64,000 nucleotides of DNA. Source: Brevundimonas sp. SL130 (GTDB taxonomy: Bacteria; Pseudomonadota; Alphaproteobacteria; Caulobacterales; Caulobacteraceae). The first letter of the stretch is position 1. Each line of letters opens with the position of its first letter. This document shows, in pieces, positions 1 through 8,881 of the stretch. The stretch lies in assembly GCF_026625805.1 (NCBI RefSeq), contig NZ_CP113064.1, forward strand, positions 2,146,657-2,210,656. The letters are read 5' to 3'. Made by a program: the position numbers and the translations under genes. The notes under the pieces were generated by a model, which was not told where the DNA came from, did not search any database, and was given only the letters and a program-made list of their open reading frames with translations.

Positions 1-127
1 AGATGAAGCGCACGATGTCGGCGTTCAGGCCGCGCGGCGCGAACTCCTGCTCGATGTCTGACGTAAAGCCGTGCGCGTATTTCTCCAGCGCGGCGACGGC
101 GTCGATGGTTTCCTTGACGGCGGCCAT
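1..127 (-). CDS. sufB: Fe-S cluster assembly protein SufB, N-terminal fragment. The gene continues beyond the window start.
   Basis: The minus-strand ATG at 127..125 overlaps the desulfurase stop. The translation MAAVKETIDAVAALEKYAHGFTSDIEQEFAPRGLNADIVRFI matches the SufB N-terminus. Confidence 0.6.
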   Translation of the reverse strand, partial: MAAVKETIDAVAALEKYAHGFTSDIEQEFAPRGLNADIVRFI

Positions 128-1266
128 CAGGCGACCTCTCTCACGCGCTCTGCGGCGCGTGTCTTGTGCTTGTCGTAGGCGGCGATCCAGGCGTCGGCGA
201 ACCGCACCCAGTCGCTTTCTGTCGTGCCCCAGCCGCCGGAAACGCGCACGCCCCCGGTGGCCAGAGCGTTCAATCCCATGGCGCTGATGGTCTTAGACGG
301 CTTGACCTTGCCCGACGAACAGGCCGAGCCCGCCGACACCATGACCCCAGCCAGATCGAGCGTAATCAACTGTTGAGGACTGTCCCAACCCTCGACCGCC
401 ATGAACAGGGTGTTGGGCAGGCGCGCCACGTCAGCGCCGATCACGGTCGCCCCGGCGGCCTTAACCTTGGCCTCGGCGGAATCGCGCCAGCAGACATGCG
501 AAGCCATCGTCTCCAGGTCCCGCGCGGCGCAGTCGGCGGCCACGCCGAACCCGGCGATGCCCGGAACATTCTCGGTCCCGGCGCGCAGCCCCCGCTCCTG
601 CCCCGCTCCGTGCAGGATGCGCACGCCCGACACGCCCTCCTTGAAGACCAACGCCCCGACGCCTTGCGGCCCGCCCAGCTTGTGCGCCGACAGGGTCAGG
701 CTATCCGCGTCCAGAATCCGCATATCGACCGAAATCTTGCCCGCCGACTGTATGGCGTCGATGTGCAGCCAGCCTCCGGCCGCGCGCACCAGAGCGGCGG
801 CCTCGACCACGGGCTGGATCACGCCGCTCTCGTTGTTCGCATGATGAATGGCGACCACGGCCCGCCCCCGACGCGTCAAGGCCTCGGCCAACCAAGCCAG
901 ATCAACCACGCCGTCGGCATCGACCGGCAGCACCTCGACGGGCGCTCCCGCATTCGCCGCCGTCTCGGCCACGCATGGGTGCTCGGTCGCCGAAACGATC
1001 AGCCGCTCGCATCCGGCGGCCAGGGCGCTGGCGATCGCCTGCGCATTGGCTTCGGTTCCGCCGCTGTTGAACACCACAGCGGTTGGATCGGCGCCGACCA
1101 GTTCGCCCACCTGGGCCCGCGCCGTCTCGACCCGCGCTCGTGCGCGCCGCCCGGCCGCATGGACCGCTGACGGATTGCCGTTGTCAGCTAGGGCCTTAGC
1201 CATGATCTCCAACACTTCCGGCCGCACCAGGCCCGAGGCGTTGTAGTCCAGATAGACGCTGGTCAT
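127..1266 (-). CDS. cysteine desulfurase, class I NifS/IscS-like, PLP-dependent
   Basis: 379 aa from MTSVYLDYNASG. It carries the HKLGGPQGVGAL PLP-lysine region and the class I active-site loop SAGSACSS. The ORF-track N-terminal extension would overlap iscR. The ATGA start/stop overlap with iscR sits at 1263-1266. Confidence 0.85.
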   Translation of the reverse strand: MTSVYLDYNASGLVRPEVLEIMAKALADNGNPSAVHAAGRRARARVETARAQVGELVGADPTAVVFNSGGTEANAQAIASALAAGCERLIVSATEHPCVAETAANAGAPVEVLPVDADGVVDLAWLAEALTRRGRAVVAIHHANNESGVIQPVVEAAALVRAAGGWLHIDAIQSAGKISVDMRILDADSLTLSAHKLGGPQGVGALVFKEGVSGVRILHGAGQERGLRAGTENVPGIAGFGVAADCAARDLETMASHVCWRDSAEAKVKAAGATVIGADVARLPNTLFMAVEGWDSPQQLITLDLAGVMVSAGSACSSGKVKPSKTISAMGLNALATGGVRVSGGWGTTESDWVRFADAWIAAYDKHKTRAAERVREVA

Positions 1267-1745
1267 GCCGCCACCCCCACAGCCTGCGAAGGTTCGACAT
1301 TGCGTCGCCGCTGCCCCGTGCGGTTCAGGACCACATCCTCCAGCGACACACCCGCCAGATAACGATGAATTTCGTCGCCCAGGTCTTCCCACAGTTCATG
1401 GGTGATGCAGCGCTCGCCCGCCAGCATACAGCCCTTGGGCGATCCGTGGGCCACGCAGCGCGTCGCCCGGATCGGCTCGTCCACCGCCAGCACGATTTCG
1501 GCCACCACCGTCTCTTGCGCCGCCTTGGCCAAACGATAGCCACCGCCGGGTCCGCGCACGCTCTTGACCAGGCCGCTCTTGCGCAGACGGGCGAACAACT
1601 GCTCCAAATAGCTCAGCGAAATCTCCTGGCGCGCGGCGATTTCAGCCAGCGAAACCGCCCGGATTTCGCCGCTCTCGCCGCGTCCGTTCTTCGCCAGATC
1701 GGCCATCGCCATCACGGCGTATCGTCCCTTGGTCGACAGACGCAT
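1263..1745 (-). CDS. iscR: Rrf2-family transcriptional regulator, IscR-like
   Basis: 160 aa. It has an N-terminal wHTH (MRLSTKGRYAVMAMADLAK) and a Cys cluster (CVAHGSPKGCMLAGERCITH) typical of [2Fe-2S] IscR. It lies directly upstream of nifS-sufB. Confidence 0.85.
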   Translation of the reverse strand: MRLSTKGRYAVMAMADLAKNGRGESGEIRAVSLAEIAARQEISLSYLEQLFARLRKSGLVKSVRGPGGGYRLAKAAQETVVAEIVLAVDEPIRATRCVAHGSPKGCMLAGERCITHELWEDLGDEIHRYLAGVSLEDVVLNRTGQRRRNVEPSQAVGVAA

Positions 1746-1825
1746 ATCGCACCCTCAAAAATTGCGCGCTTTTCGGGGCTCTTGTGCTAGAACCCGCGCC
1801 TTCGCAAAGGCGGCTCGCTTGCGGA

Positions 1826-1842
1826 GGGACTTAGAAAGTCCC
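1826..1842. promoter_or_regulatory. Palindrome GGGACTTAGAAAGTCCC in the iscR promoter region. Candidate IscR type-1-like operator.
   Basis: Perfect 7-bp inverted repeat with a GACT-N5-AGTC core and the spacing of IscR type-1 boxes, about 80 bp upstream of the iscR start. Confidence 0.3.
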
Positions 1843-1903
1843 ACCTCAGCGGTCAAGTATTACGCACACGCGAAATGACAGTTGAACGGATTCCAGAGCC
1901 CCT

Positions 1904-2554
1904 ATGCCTGAAGTCATCCTGCCCGGCGCCTCCGGTCGCATCGAAGGCCGCTATTCCCCGGGCAAACGCCCGAACGCGCCGATCGCGTTGATTCTGCACC
2001 CACACCCCAAGGCGGGCGGGCATATGAACAACCCGGTCGCGGTCACCCTGCACCAGCTGTTCCAGCAGCGCGGCTTCGCCACCCTGCGCTATAATTCGCG
2101 CGGCGTCGGCAAGTCTCAGGGCGAGTTCGATTCCGGCATCGGCGAGCTGGCCGACGCGGCTACGGCGCTGGACTGGCTTCAGTCGAACAACCCCGGCGCC
2201 AGCCAGACCTGGGTCGGCGGTTACCAATTCGGGGCCTATATCGGCATGCAACTCCTGATGAGACGGCCGGAGACGGACGGCTTCATCTCGGTCTCGCCGC
2301 CGTCGAACATGTACGACTTCAGCTTCCTGGCCCCCTGCCCGGCGTCTGGCCTGTTCCTGCACGGCACGGCCGACACCATCGTGCCCCCGGTCGAGGTCGA
2401 GCGCGTGGTCAACAAGCTGCGCACCCAGAAGGGCATCATCATCGACTACGAACTGGAAGAGGGCGCCAGCCACTTCTGGCAGGACCATATGAGCGCCGTC
2501 GAACGCCGTGTCGGGGCCTATCTCGACAAGCGTCTGGAAGAAAAGCCGGCCTGA
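1904..2554 (+). CDS. alpha/beta-fold hydrolase, COG2945/YqiA-like
   Basis: 216 aa. The GGYQFGAY nucleophile elbow region and conserved His (SHFW) give an alpha/beta hydrolase fold. Confidence 0.7.
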   Translation: MPEVILPGASGRIEGRYSPGKRPNAPIALILHPHPKAGGHMNNPVAVTLHQLFQQRGFATLRYNSRGVGKSQGEFDSGIGELADAATALDWLQSNNPGASQTWVGGYQFGAYIGMQLLMRRPETDGFISVSPPSNMYDFSFLAPCPASGLFLHGTADTIVPPVEVERVVNKLRTQKGIIIDYELEEGASHFWQDHMSAVERRVGAYLDKRLEEKPA

Positions 2555-2586
2555 GCCTAGTTTCGGGTCATCTTAAGGAGACCCGG

Positions 2587-3861
2587 ATGCAGCACGACAT
2601 CGTCATCATCGGCGGCGGCGCTGGCGGGCTTGAGCTCGCCGCCCGCCTGGGCCGGAAGTTCGGCCCGCGCGAGGGCCGTCGGCGCGTTTTGCTGATCGAC
2701 CGCTCCATCTTCCATCTTTGGAAGCCCAGCCTGCACGAGGTGGCTGCGGGCTCCATGGACAGCCACCAGGAGGGTCTGTCCTATCCGGTCCTGGCCCGCC
2801 GCAATCATTTCAGCTTCGCCTTCGGCGATCTGACGGGTCTCGACCCCACCCGCAAAACCCTCACCTTAGGCGAAATCCGGGATCAGGACGGCGTGGTCCT
2901 GGTCAAGCCCCGCACCTTGTCGTTCAACACTCTGGTTCTGGCCATCGGCAGCGGGTCGAACCTGTTCAACACGCCCGGCGCCGCCGTACATGCGCATCTG
3001 CTGGAAGACGTCGCCGACGCCGAAGCCTTCAACAAGCGACTGACCGCAGCCTTCCTCGCCGCCGCCTACTCCGATGAGCGGACATTGAACATCGCCATCG
3101 TCGGCGCGGGCGCCACCGGCGTGGAACTGTCGACCGAGTTGATCGAAGGTCACGACGAACTGTCCGCCGGCCTGGCCCCGGACCAGAAATTCGACCTCAA
3201 CGTCACCATCGTCGAGGCCGCGCCCCGCATCCTGGGCGGCCTGCCCGAAACCGTCTCGGCCAAGGCGGCTCACGCCTTGAAGGCCAAGGGCGTGCGGCTG
3301 CTGACGGACGCCAAGGTGAGCGCCGTCTACAACGACCGACTGGACACGTCCAAGGGCCCGGTCCCAGCCGGCCTGATCGTCTGGGCGGCCGGGGTGAAGG
3401 CGGCGGAATCCAATCGTGATCTCGGCTTGACGACCGGCCGCATCAACCAGTTCGTCGTGGACGACCACCTGCGCGCCTCGACGCCCGACGTCTACGCCAT
3501 GGGCGACTGCGCCGAGGCGCCGGGCCCTGATGGCCGCCCGGTCCCCGCCAGAGCCCAGGCTGCGGCCCAGCAGGCCGCCTATCTGGCCAAGGCCCTGTCC
3601 GATCCGTCACGCGATCCCGGCCCCTATGTCTATCGCGACAAGGGTTCGTTGGTGTCCCTGGGCGGCGACCGAGGCGTCGGCTCGCTTATGGGCAATCTCG
3701 GCGGCCCCGACTTTCTGATCGAAGGCCTGATCGCCAAATGGGCCTATATGGCCCTGCACCTGGAGCATCACCGCGCCATTCTGGGCGTACGCCGCACCGC
3801 CCTGCTGGCCTTGTCCCGCCTGCTGCACCGTCGCGTCTCCGGACGTCTGAAGCTGCACTAG
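2587..3861 (+). CDS. ndh: type II NADH:quinone oxidoreductase (NDH-2)
   Basis: 424 aa. There are two Rossmann motifs: an N-terminal GGGAGG and a central GAGATGVE. The overall layout is that of Ndh. Confidence 0.85.
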   Translation: MQHDIVIIGGGAGGLELAARLGRKFGPREGRRRVLLIDRSIFHLWKPSLHEVAAGSMDSHQEGLSYPVLARRNHFSFAFGDLTGLDPTRKTLTLGEIRDQDGVVLVKPRTLSFNTLVLAIGSGSNLFNTPGAAVHAHLLEDVADAEAFNKRLTAAFLAAAYSDERTLNIAIVGAGATGVELSTELIEGHDELSAGLAPDQKFDLNVTIVEAAPRILGGLPETVSAKAAHALKAKGVRLLTDAKVSAVYNDRLDTSKGPVPAGLIVWAAGVKAAESNRDLGLTTGRINQFVVDDHLRASTPDVYAMGDCAEAPGPDGRPVPARAQAAAQQAAYLAKALSDPSRDPGPYVYRDKGSLVSLGGDRGVGSLMGNLGGPDFLIEGLIAKWAYMALHLEHHRAILGVRRTALLALSRLLHRRVSGRLKLH

Positions 3862-3882
3862 ATCTGACGCCTCTCAGCTGGG

Positions 3883-5523
3883 TCAGAGGTAGCGCAGCTC
3901 CTGCAGATCGACCTCGCGGATCATCCGGCGCGCCGTCACTTCGTCCAGCTGACGCGACCGCGCCATGCGGGTCAGTTCATCCCGTTCCGCCGCCAGGCCG
4001 GCCAGCCAGAGCCGACGCTCCACGTCGTCGATCTTGCGCGCCAGCACGGCGTCGTCTTCGTCCGTGCGGGTGTGGGTCTCGATGCGTCGGCGATAGACCT
4101 CCATGATCCGGCTGGCGATGTCGGAATAGAGGTCGGGGTTGGTCTTGCCCTCGGCCATGGCGTGGGACACGTCCTCGACAGCGCGCAGGGCGGCTGAGGC
4201 GGCCGCAACGCGACCGCGATCCGTCTCCCGTTCCTGCGACGGCTCGGGCGGCAGCTCGACCCCCTTCATCAGACGCGGCAGGGCGAAGGTGGCGACCAAC
4301 AACGACACGATGATCACCCCCGCGGCCAGGAAGATCGCCAGATTGCGCGACAGCATCGGCGATCCGTCCGCCAGGACGAACGGCAGGGTCAGAATCCCCG
4401 CCAAGGTGATCGCCCCCCGCACGCCGGCGAGCGACATCACCATCGTCAGCCGCAGCCCCACCTTGGCCGGCGGCCCGCGATGACGCCGCCGGAACAGGGT
4501 CAGCTTCAGCGAGGTCCACACCCAGGCAAACCGCAAGGCGGCCAGGGCGGCGACAATGGCGAAGACATAGATGGCCAGCCACCAGATTTCCGGCCGACTG
4601 GTCCCCCGCACCACCTCCGCCGCCCGCGCCAGGATCGACGGCATCTGTTCGCCCAGAATGACAAAGATGATGCCGTTGGCGACGAACTGAACCGTGTCCC
4701 ACACCACGCCGCGGCGGATGCGGGTCATGGCCAGGGACTGGCCGCCTATGCCGCCGCCTCGCTCGGTGAAACTCATGGTCACGCCCGCCGACACCGCCGC
4801 CAGAATGCCGGAAGCCTGCAATTCTTCGGCGACCAGATAGGCCGCGAACGGGATCAGCAGGCTGATCAAAATCTGCGCCCCGACATCCTCGCCCCAGCGA
4901 CGACTGACGAAGGCCTTGGCCGAGCTGATGGCCATGGTCACCAGAACCCCGACCGCGACACCCACCAGCGCCAACCAGGCAAAGGTCCCCAAGGCGCCGC
5001 CGACCGAAAAGGCGCCCGTAGTCGCCGCCGCCACCGCAATCCGCATACAGGTCAGGCCGGTCGCGTCGTTCAGTAACGATTCGCCCTCGAGAATGTGCAT
5101 GAGCCGCTTCGGGATCGGGGCTCGCGCGGCGATGGCCTTGACCGCAATCGGGTCGGTCGGCGACAGGATGGCGGCCAGGGCGAAGGCCACCGGCAAGGGC
5201 ATCTCGGGGATCATCCACCAGATCAGGAAGCCCAGCCCGACCACGGTGAACAACACCAGGCCCAGGGCCAGCTCCAGGATCACCGCCCGGTCACGGAACA
5301 GGGCTTCCTTGGGGATCCGCCATCCGTCGAGAAACAGCAGAGGCGGCAGGAACAGCAGGAAGAAGATATCCGGCTCCAGATCCACCGTCGTCCCCGTCGC
5401 CAGGACGATGGCGGCCCCCAGCCCGATCTGCACCAGCGGCAGGGCGATGCGCGTGATCCGTGCGACCGAGCCCGACACCACAACAGCCAGAAGCAGAAGC
5501 AGGACGGTCTCGATCAGGTGCAT
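3883..5523 (-). CDS. Na+/H+ antiporter, CPA1 family (NhaP-type)
   Basis: 546 aa. The N-terminal half is polytopic membrane, with a C-terminal cytoplasmic regulatory domain. Confidence 0.8.
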   Translation of the reverse strand: MHLIETVLLLLLAVVVSGSVARITRIALPLVQIGLGAAIVLATGTTVDLEPDIFFLLFLPPLLFLDGWRIPKEALFRDRAVILELALGLVLFTVVGLGFLIWWMIPEMPLPVAFALAAILSPTDPIAVKAIAARAPIPKRLMHILEGESLLNDATGLTCMRIAVAAATTGAFSVGGALGTFAWLALVGVAVGVLVTMAISSAKAFVSRRWGEDVGAQILISLLIPFAAYLVAEELQASGILAAVSAGVTMSFTERGGGIGGQSLAMTRIRRGVVWDTVQFVANGIIFVILGEQMPSILARAAEVVRGTSRPEIWWLAIYVFAIVAALAALRFAWVWTSLKLTLFRRRHRGPPAKVGLRLTMVMSLAGVRGAITLAGILTLPFVLADGSPMLSRNLAIFLAAGVIIVSLLVATFALPRLMKGVELPPEPSQERETDRGRVAAASAALRAVEDVSHAMAEGKTNPDLYSDIASRIMEVYRRRIETHTRTDEDDAVLARKIDDVERRLWLAGLAAERDELTRMARSRQLDEVTARRMIREVDLQELRYL

Positions 5524-5529
5524 GAAAAC

Positions 5530-6843
5530 TCAGTCCGCCAGATCAGGATAAAGGCGCTCGAATCGCCCGAGCGCGGCAGGATGCAGACGCACCGTGACAT
5601 GAGTACGTCCAAGGTCATCGGTATCCCGGAATGTCACCCGCCCATGCTCATACAGCCAGGCCAAGGCCTCGCCCTGCGCAGGCGCGAGCGTCAGACGCGT
5701 TTCCGGATCGTCGTCGATCAGGCCGGCGATGGTCTGGCGCAGAGGCTCGACCCCCTCGCCCGTCCAGGCGGAGACCGCGACCGCCTCCCCCGCCTTGGCC
5801 AGACGTTCAGCCTGGCCCAAAACAGCCTCACGCGCTTCGTCGTCCAGCAGGTCGATCTTGTTCCAGACCTCCAGCACGCGACGCGTCTTGCCCTCGGGCG
5901 TCTCGATCTGTTTCAGCACCGCCTCGACGTCCTTGGCCTGGGCGTCGCTGTCGGCCGAGGCGATGTCGCGGACGTGCAGGATCAGATCGGCTTCGCCCAC
6001 CTCTTCCAGCGTGGCGCGGAAGCTCTCGACCAGTTCGTGCGGCAGGTCGGAGATGAAGCCGACCGTGTCCGCCACAATCGCCGGCCGGCCCTGCGGCAGC
6101 CGGATGGTGCGCTGGGTCGTATCCAGGGTGGCGAACAGCAGATCCTTGGCGAAGACCTCTGATCCCGTCAGCCGGTTGAACAGGGTCGATTTGCCGGCGT
6201 TGGTGTAGCCGACCAGGGCGATGGTCGGGAACGGGACCTTCTGACGCTGTTTACGGTGCAGGCCGCGCGTGCGGCGCACCTCTTCCAGCTCGGCTTTCAG
6301 CCGCACGATCCGGTCGGCGATCAGGCGTCGGTCCAGCTCGATCTGGGTTTCGCCGGGACCGCCGGTCGAGCCGGTGCCCCCGCGTTGCCGCTCAAGGTGG
6401 GTCCAGGTCCGCACCAGGCGCGACCGCTCATAGTCGAGCCGCGCCAGCTCGACCTGCAGCCGGCCTTCCTTGGTGCGCGCGCGGCGTCCGAAGATTTCCA
6501 GGATCAGGCCGGTGCGGTCGATGACCTTCACCTCCCATTCCTTCTCCAGATTGCGTTGCTGCACCGGCGTCAGGGCGTCATCGATAATGACCGCCTCGGC
6601 ATCGGCCGCGCGGACCAAGGCGGCCAGTTCCTCGACCTTGCCGCTTCCAAACAGGGTGGCGGGCGTGGTCCCACGCAGTCGCACGATCTCTTCAGCGCGC
6701 ACATCAAGGTCCAGCGCGCGGGCAAGGCCCACGGCTTCCTCAAGGCGCTCGCTCGCCAGCCGAGGGCTGTCTGAGCGTCGGTCGGGATGGATAACGACCG
6801 CCCGGATCAGCGGGACGGAGTGGTCGATCAGTTTGCTGGTCAA
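5530..6843 (-). CDS. hflX: GTPase HflX
   Basis: 437 aa. G1 motif GYTNAGKSTLFN, G3 DTVGF and NKIDL. Immediately downstream of hfq, which is the conserved hfq-hflX pairing. Confidence 0.9.
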   Translation of the reverse strand: MTSKLIDHSVPLIRAVVIHPDRRSDSPRLASERLEEAVGLARALDLDVRAEEIVRLRGTTPATLFGSGKVEELAALVRAADAEAVIIDDALTPVQQRNLEKEWEVKVIDRTGLILEIFGRRARTKEGRLQVELARLDYERSRLVRTWTHLERQRGGTGSTGGPGETQIELDRRLIADRIVRLKAELEEVRRTRGLHRKQRQKVPFPTIALVGYTNAGKSTLFNRLTGSEVFAKDLLFATLDTTQRTIRLPQGRPAIVADTVGFISDLPHELVESFRATLEEVGEADLILHVRDIASADSDAQAKDVEAVLKQIETPEGKTRRVLEVWNKIDLLDDEAREAVLGQAERLAKAGEAVAVSAWTGEGVEPLRQTIAGLIDDDPETRLTLAPAQGEALAWLYEHGRVTFRDTDDLGRTHVTVRLHPAALGRFERLYPDLAD

Positions 6844-7089
6844 TCAGTCTTCTTCGGCGTCGGGCTCGTACATCTGCACGGGCGCGGACGGCATGATGGT
6901 GGAGATGGCGTGCTTGTACACCAACTGGGACTGGCCATCGCGGCGCAGCAGCACACAGAAGTTGTCGAACCAGGTCACGATTCCCTGCAGCTTGACCCCG
7001 TTCACCAGGAAGATGGTCAGCGGCGTCTTGGTCTTGCGGACCGAGTTGAGGAAGGTGTCCTGAAGGTTCTGACGTTTGTCTTGCGACAT
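6844..7089 (-). CDS. hfq: RNA chaperone Hfq
   Basis: 81 aa. Sm1/Sm2 motifs ([11 protein letters not shown]...[17 protein letters not shown]...YKHAIST). Confidence 0.95.
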   Translation of the reverse strand: MSQDKRQNLQDTFLNSVRKTKTPLTIFLVNGVKLQGIVTWFDNFCVLLRRDGQSQLVYKHAISTIMPSAPVQMYEPDAEED

Positions 7090-7246
7090 GGCAGGTTTTT
7101 CCTGTTCTTGGTTGTTCGTCGCCGAGGGAGCGGCGTCGGGGCCGAACGGCGGCCGGAGGCGACCTTAGACGCCGCCTAACCACACCCGCAACGGTCGAGG
7201 ACCGCTTTTTCTAGTTGGTCGCTGTGCTGTCGGTCTTCAAGATGCG

Positions 7247-8014
7247 TCAAGCCTCGCGCCGACCGCGAATACAGGCGCCGTGGAAGCCACCGTGGTCCGT
7301 ATGGGACAGTTCGATGTCGGCGACCCCTGCGTCGAACAAGATCGCAGAGATCACGGTCAGATCGTAATCGAACATGACCATCTCGCCCTTGGCCAGTTTG
7401 CGCAGAGCTTTGACATTGGAGATCGTGGTGAAGTCCTCACCCATGACGATGCGCCCGCCTGGAACGGAGGCGTGACGCGGATCTCGATATAGAGCGAACT
7501 GAAGGGTGACGAAGCCGCCGGGCGCCAACCGCGCCATCAGGGCTTTCAGCAGAGGGTAGCCGCGCTCAGGAGGTATGTGCTGAAAGACGATCAGCGAAAC
7601 AATCCAGTCGAAAGCGCGATCAGGCAGCTGTCGCCCGAACGTCGCGCCCGCAGGCACATTTTGACGCGCCTCTACCAGCATGGAATCCGAGATATCGACT
7701 CCAAACACGTCGCCTGTGACCGCGGCCAAGGCGCGTGTCAGCCGGCCGACGCCACAGCCGAAATCAAGCGCGGATTTGGGCGCAAAGTCGGGATACCGCC
7801 CCCTCAACCATCTGACCTCGTGTTCGATCCCCTGCACGCCGCTCCGGAAGAAGTCAGCCAGAACCTCATCAGTCAGATTGTCTGACTTGAAGCGCGGATC
7901 CGTCAGGACGCCGTAATAGGGATTTGTGCGACCGATCTCTTCCCAATCAGCATCAGTATCACGCGGAGCGGCGTCAGCGGCGCCACGACCGAACAGGGTC
8001 TTGAGCATGGTCAT
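7247..8014 (-). CDS. class I SAM-dependent methyltransferase
   Basis: 255 aa. Motif I LDFGCGVGRL and motif II D-W-I. Confidence 0.7.
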   Translation of the reverse strand: MTMLKTLFGRGAADAAPRDTDADWEEIGRTNPYYGVLTDPRFKSDNLTDEVLADFFRSGVQGIEHEVRWLRGRYPDFAPKSALDFGCGVGRLTRALAAVTGDVFGVDISDSMLVEARQNVPAGATFGRQLPDRAFDWIVSLIVFQHIPPERGYPLLKALMARLAPGGFVTLQFALYRDPRHASVPGGRIVMGEDFTTISNVKALRKLAKGEMVMFDYDLTVISAILFDAGVADIELSHTDHGGFHGACIRGRREA

Positions 8015-8017
8015 CCC

Positions 8018-8881
8018 TCAGACAGAGTCTCGGCGCGCCTGATCAAGATAGAGCTGGCGCAGCTTCAGCGTAATCGGCCCAGGCTTGCCGTCGCCGACCT
8101 TTGTTCCGTCAATGGACACCGCCGGCGTGACGAAAGCGCCTGCGGCGGTGAAGAAGGCTTCACGCGCCCGCTTGGCCTCGTCAACGCTGAACGGACGCTC
8201 GTCCAGCTCGACCCCGTGTTCCTTGATCAGCGCCATCAGGGTCGTGCGGGTGCAGCCCTTCAGGATGTTGGCCTGGGTGTCGCGCGTCCGCAGCTTGCCG
8301 TGTTCGTCCACGATCCAGGCATTGGTCGAAGACCCTTCGGTCACCAGCCCCATTTCGTCCACGAACCAGGCCTCATAGGCGCCCGCCTCGCGCGCCGCCT
8401 GTTTGGCCAGGATGTTTGGCAGCAGCCCCACCGTCTTGATGTCGCATCGTCCCCACCGGATATCGGGCTGGGTCAGGACGGCGACGCCCTTCTGCGCCTG
8501 CGCCTCGCCGCGCGCGGGCGAAATCGACTTGGCGGTGACGATGACGCTGGGGGGCGTGCCGGGCATGGGAAACGGGTGATCGCGACGGGCCGTGCCGCGC
8601 GTGACCTGCAGGTAGACGATGCCGTTCTTGACCCGATTGCGACGGACGGTCTCGCGCAGCACCCGCGTCAGGGCCTCGACCGACATGGGAATATCGATGC
8701 GCAATTCGTTCAGGCTGCGGTGCAGGCGGGTCATATGGCCGTCGAAATCCGCCAGCCGACCGTCGAACACGGACCAGACCTCATAAACGCCGTCGGCGAA
8801 CTGGAAGCCGCGATCCTCGATATGGACCACAGCCTGGCCATGCGGGCTATAGGTTCCGTTGACGTAGGCGACGCGGGACAT
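8018..8881 (-). CDS. PLP fold-type IV aminotransferase (D-amino-acid / branched-chain aminotransferase family)
   Basis: 287 aa. Conserved N-terminal FQFADGVYEV and the fold-IV core. Its start overlaps the ntrX stop by one base. Confidence 0.75.
   Translation of the reverse strand: MSRVAYVNGTYSPHGQAVVHIEDRGFQFADGVYEVWSVFDGRLADFDGHMTRLHRSLNELRIDIPMSVEALTRVLRETVRRNRVKNGIVYLQVTRGTARRDHPFPMPGTPPSVIVTAKSISPARGEAQAQKGVAVLTQPDIRWGRCDIKTVGLLPNILAKQAAREAGAYEAWFVDEMGLVTEGSSTNAWIVDEHGKLRTRDTQANILKGCTRTTLMALIKEHGVELDERPFSVDEAKRAREAFFTAAGAFVTPAVSIDGTKVGDGKPGPITLKLRQLYLDQARRDSV

Noticed and set aside
3-287. 94-aa ORF at the window start
   Set aside because: It overlaps the sufB N-terminus and the nifS 3' end on the opposite strand and has an RS-rich junk composition.
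166-1170. 334-aa plus-strand ORF, and similar long ORFs such as 3977-5218(-), 25985-28186(-) upstream part, 47539-48870(+), 60678-63386(+), 19492-20490(-) and 16148-17188(+)
   Set aside because: They lie antisense to, or out of frame with, strongly supported genes. They have the Arg/Pro/Gly-rich composition typical of stop-codon-poor high-GC DNA and no domain signatures.
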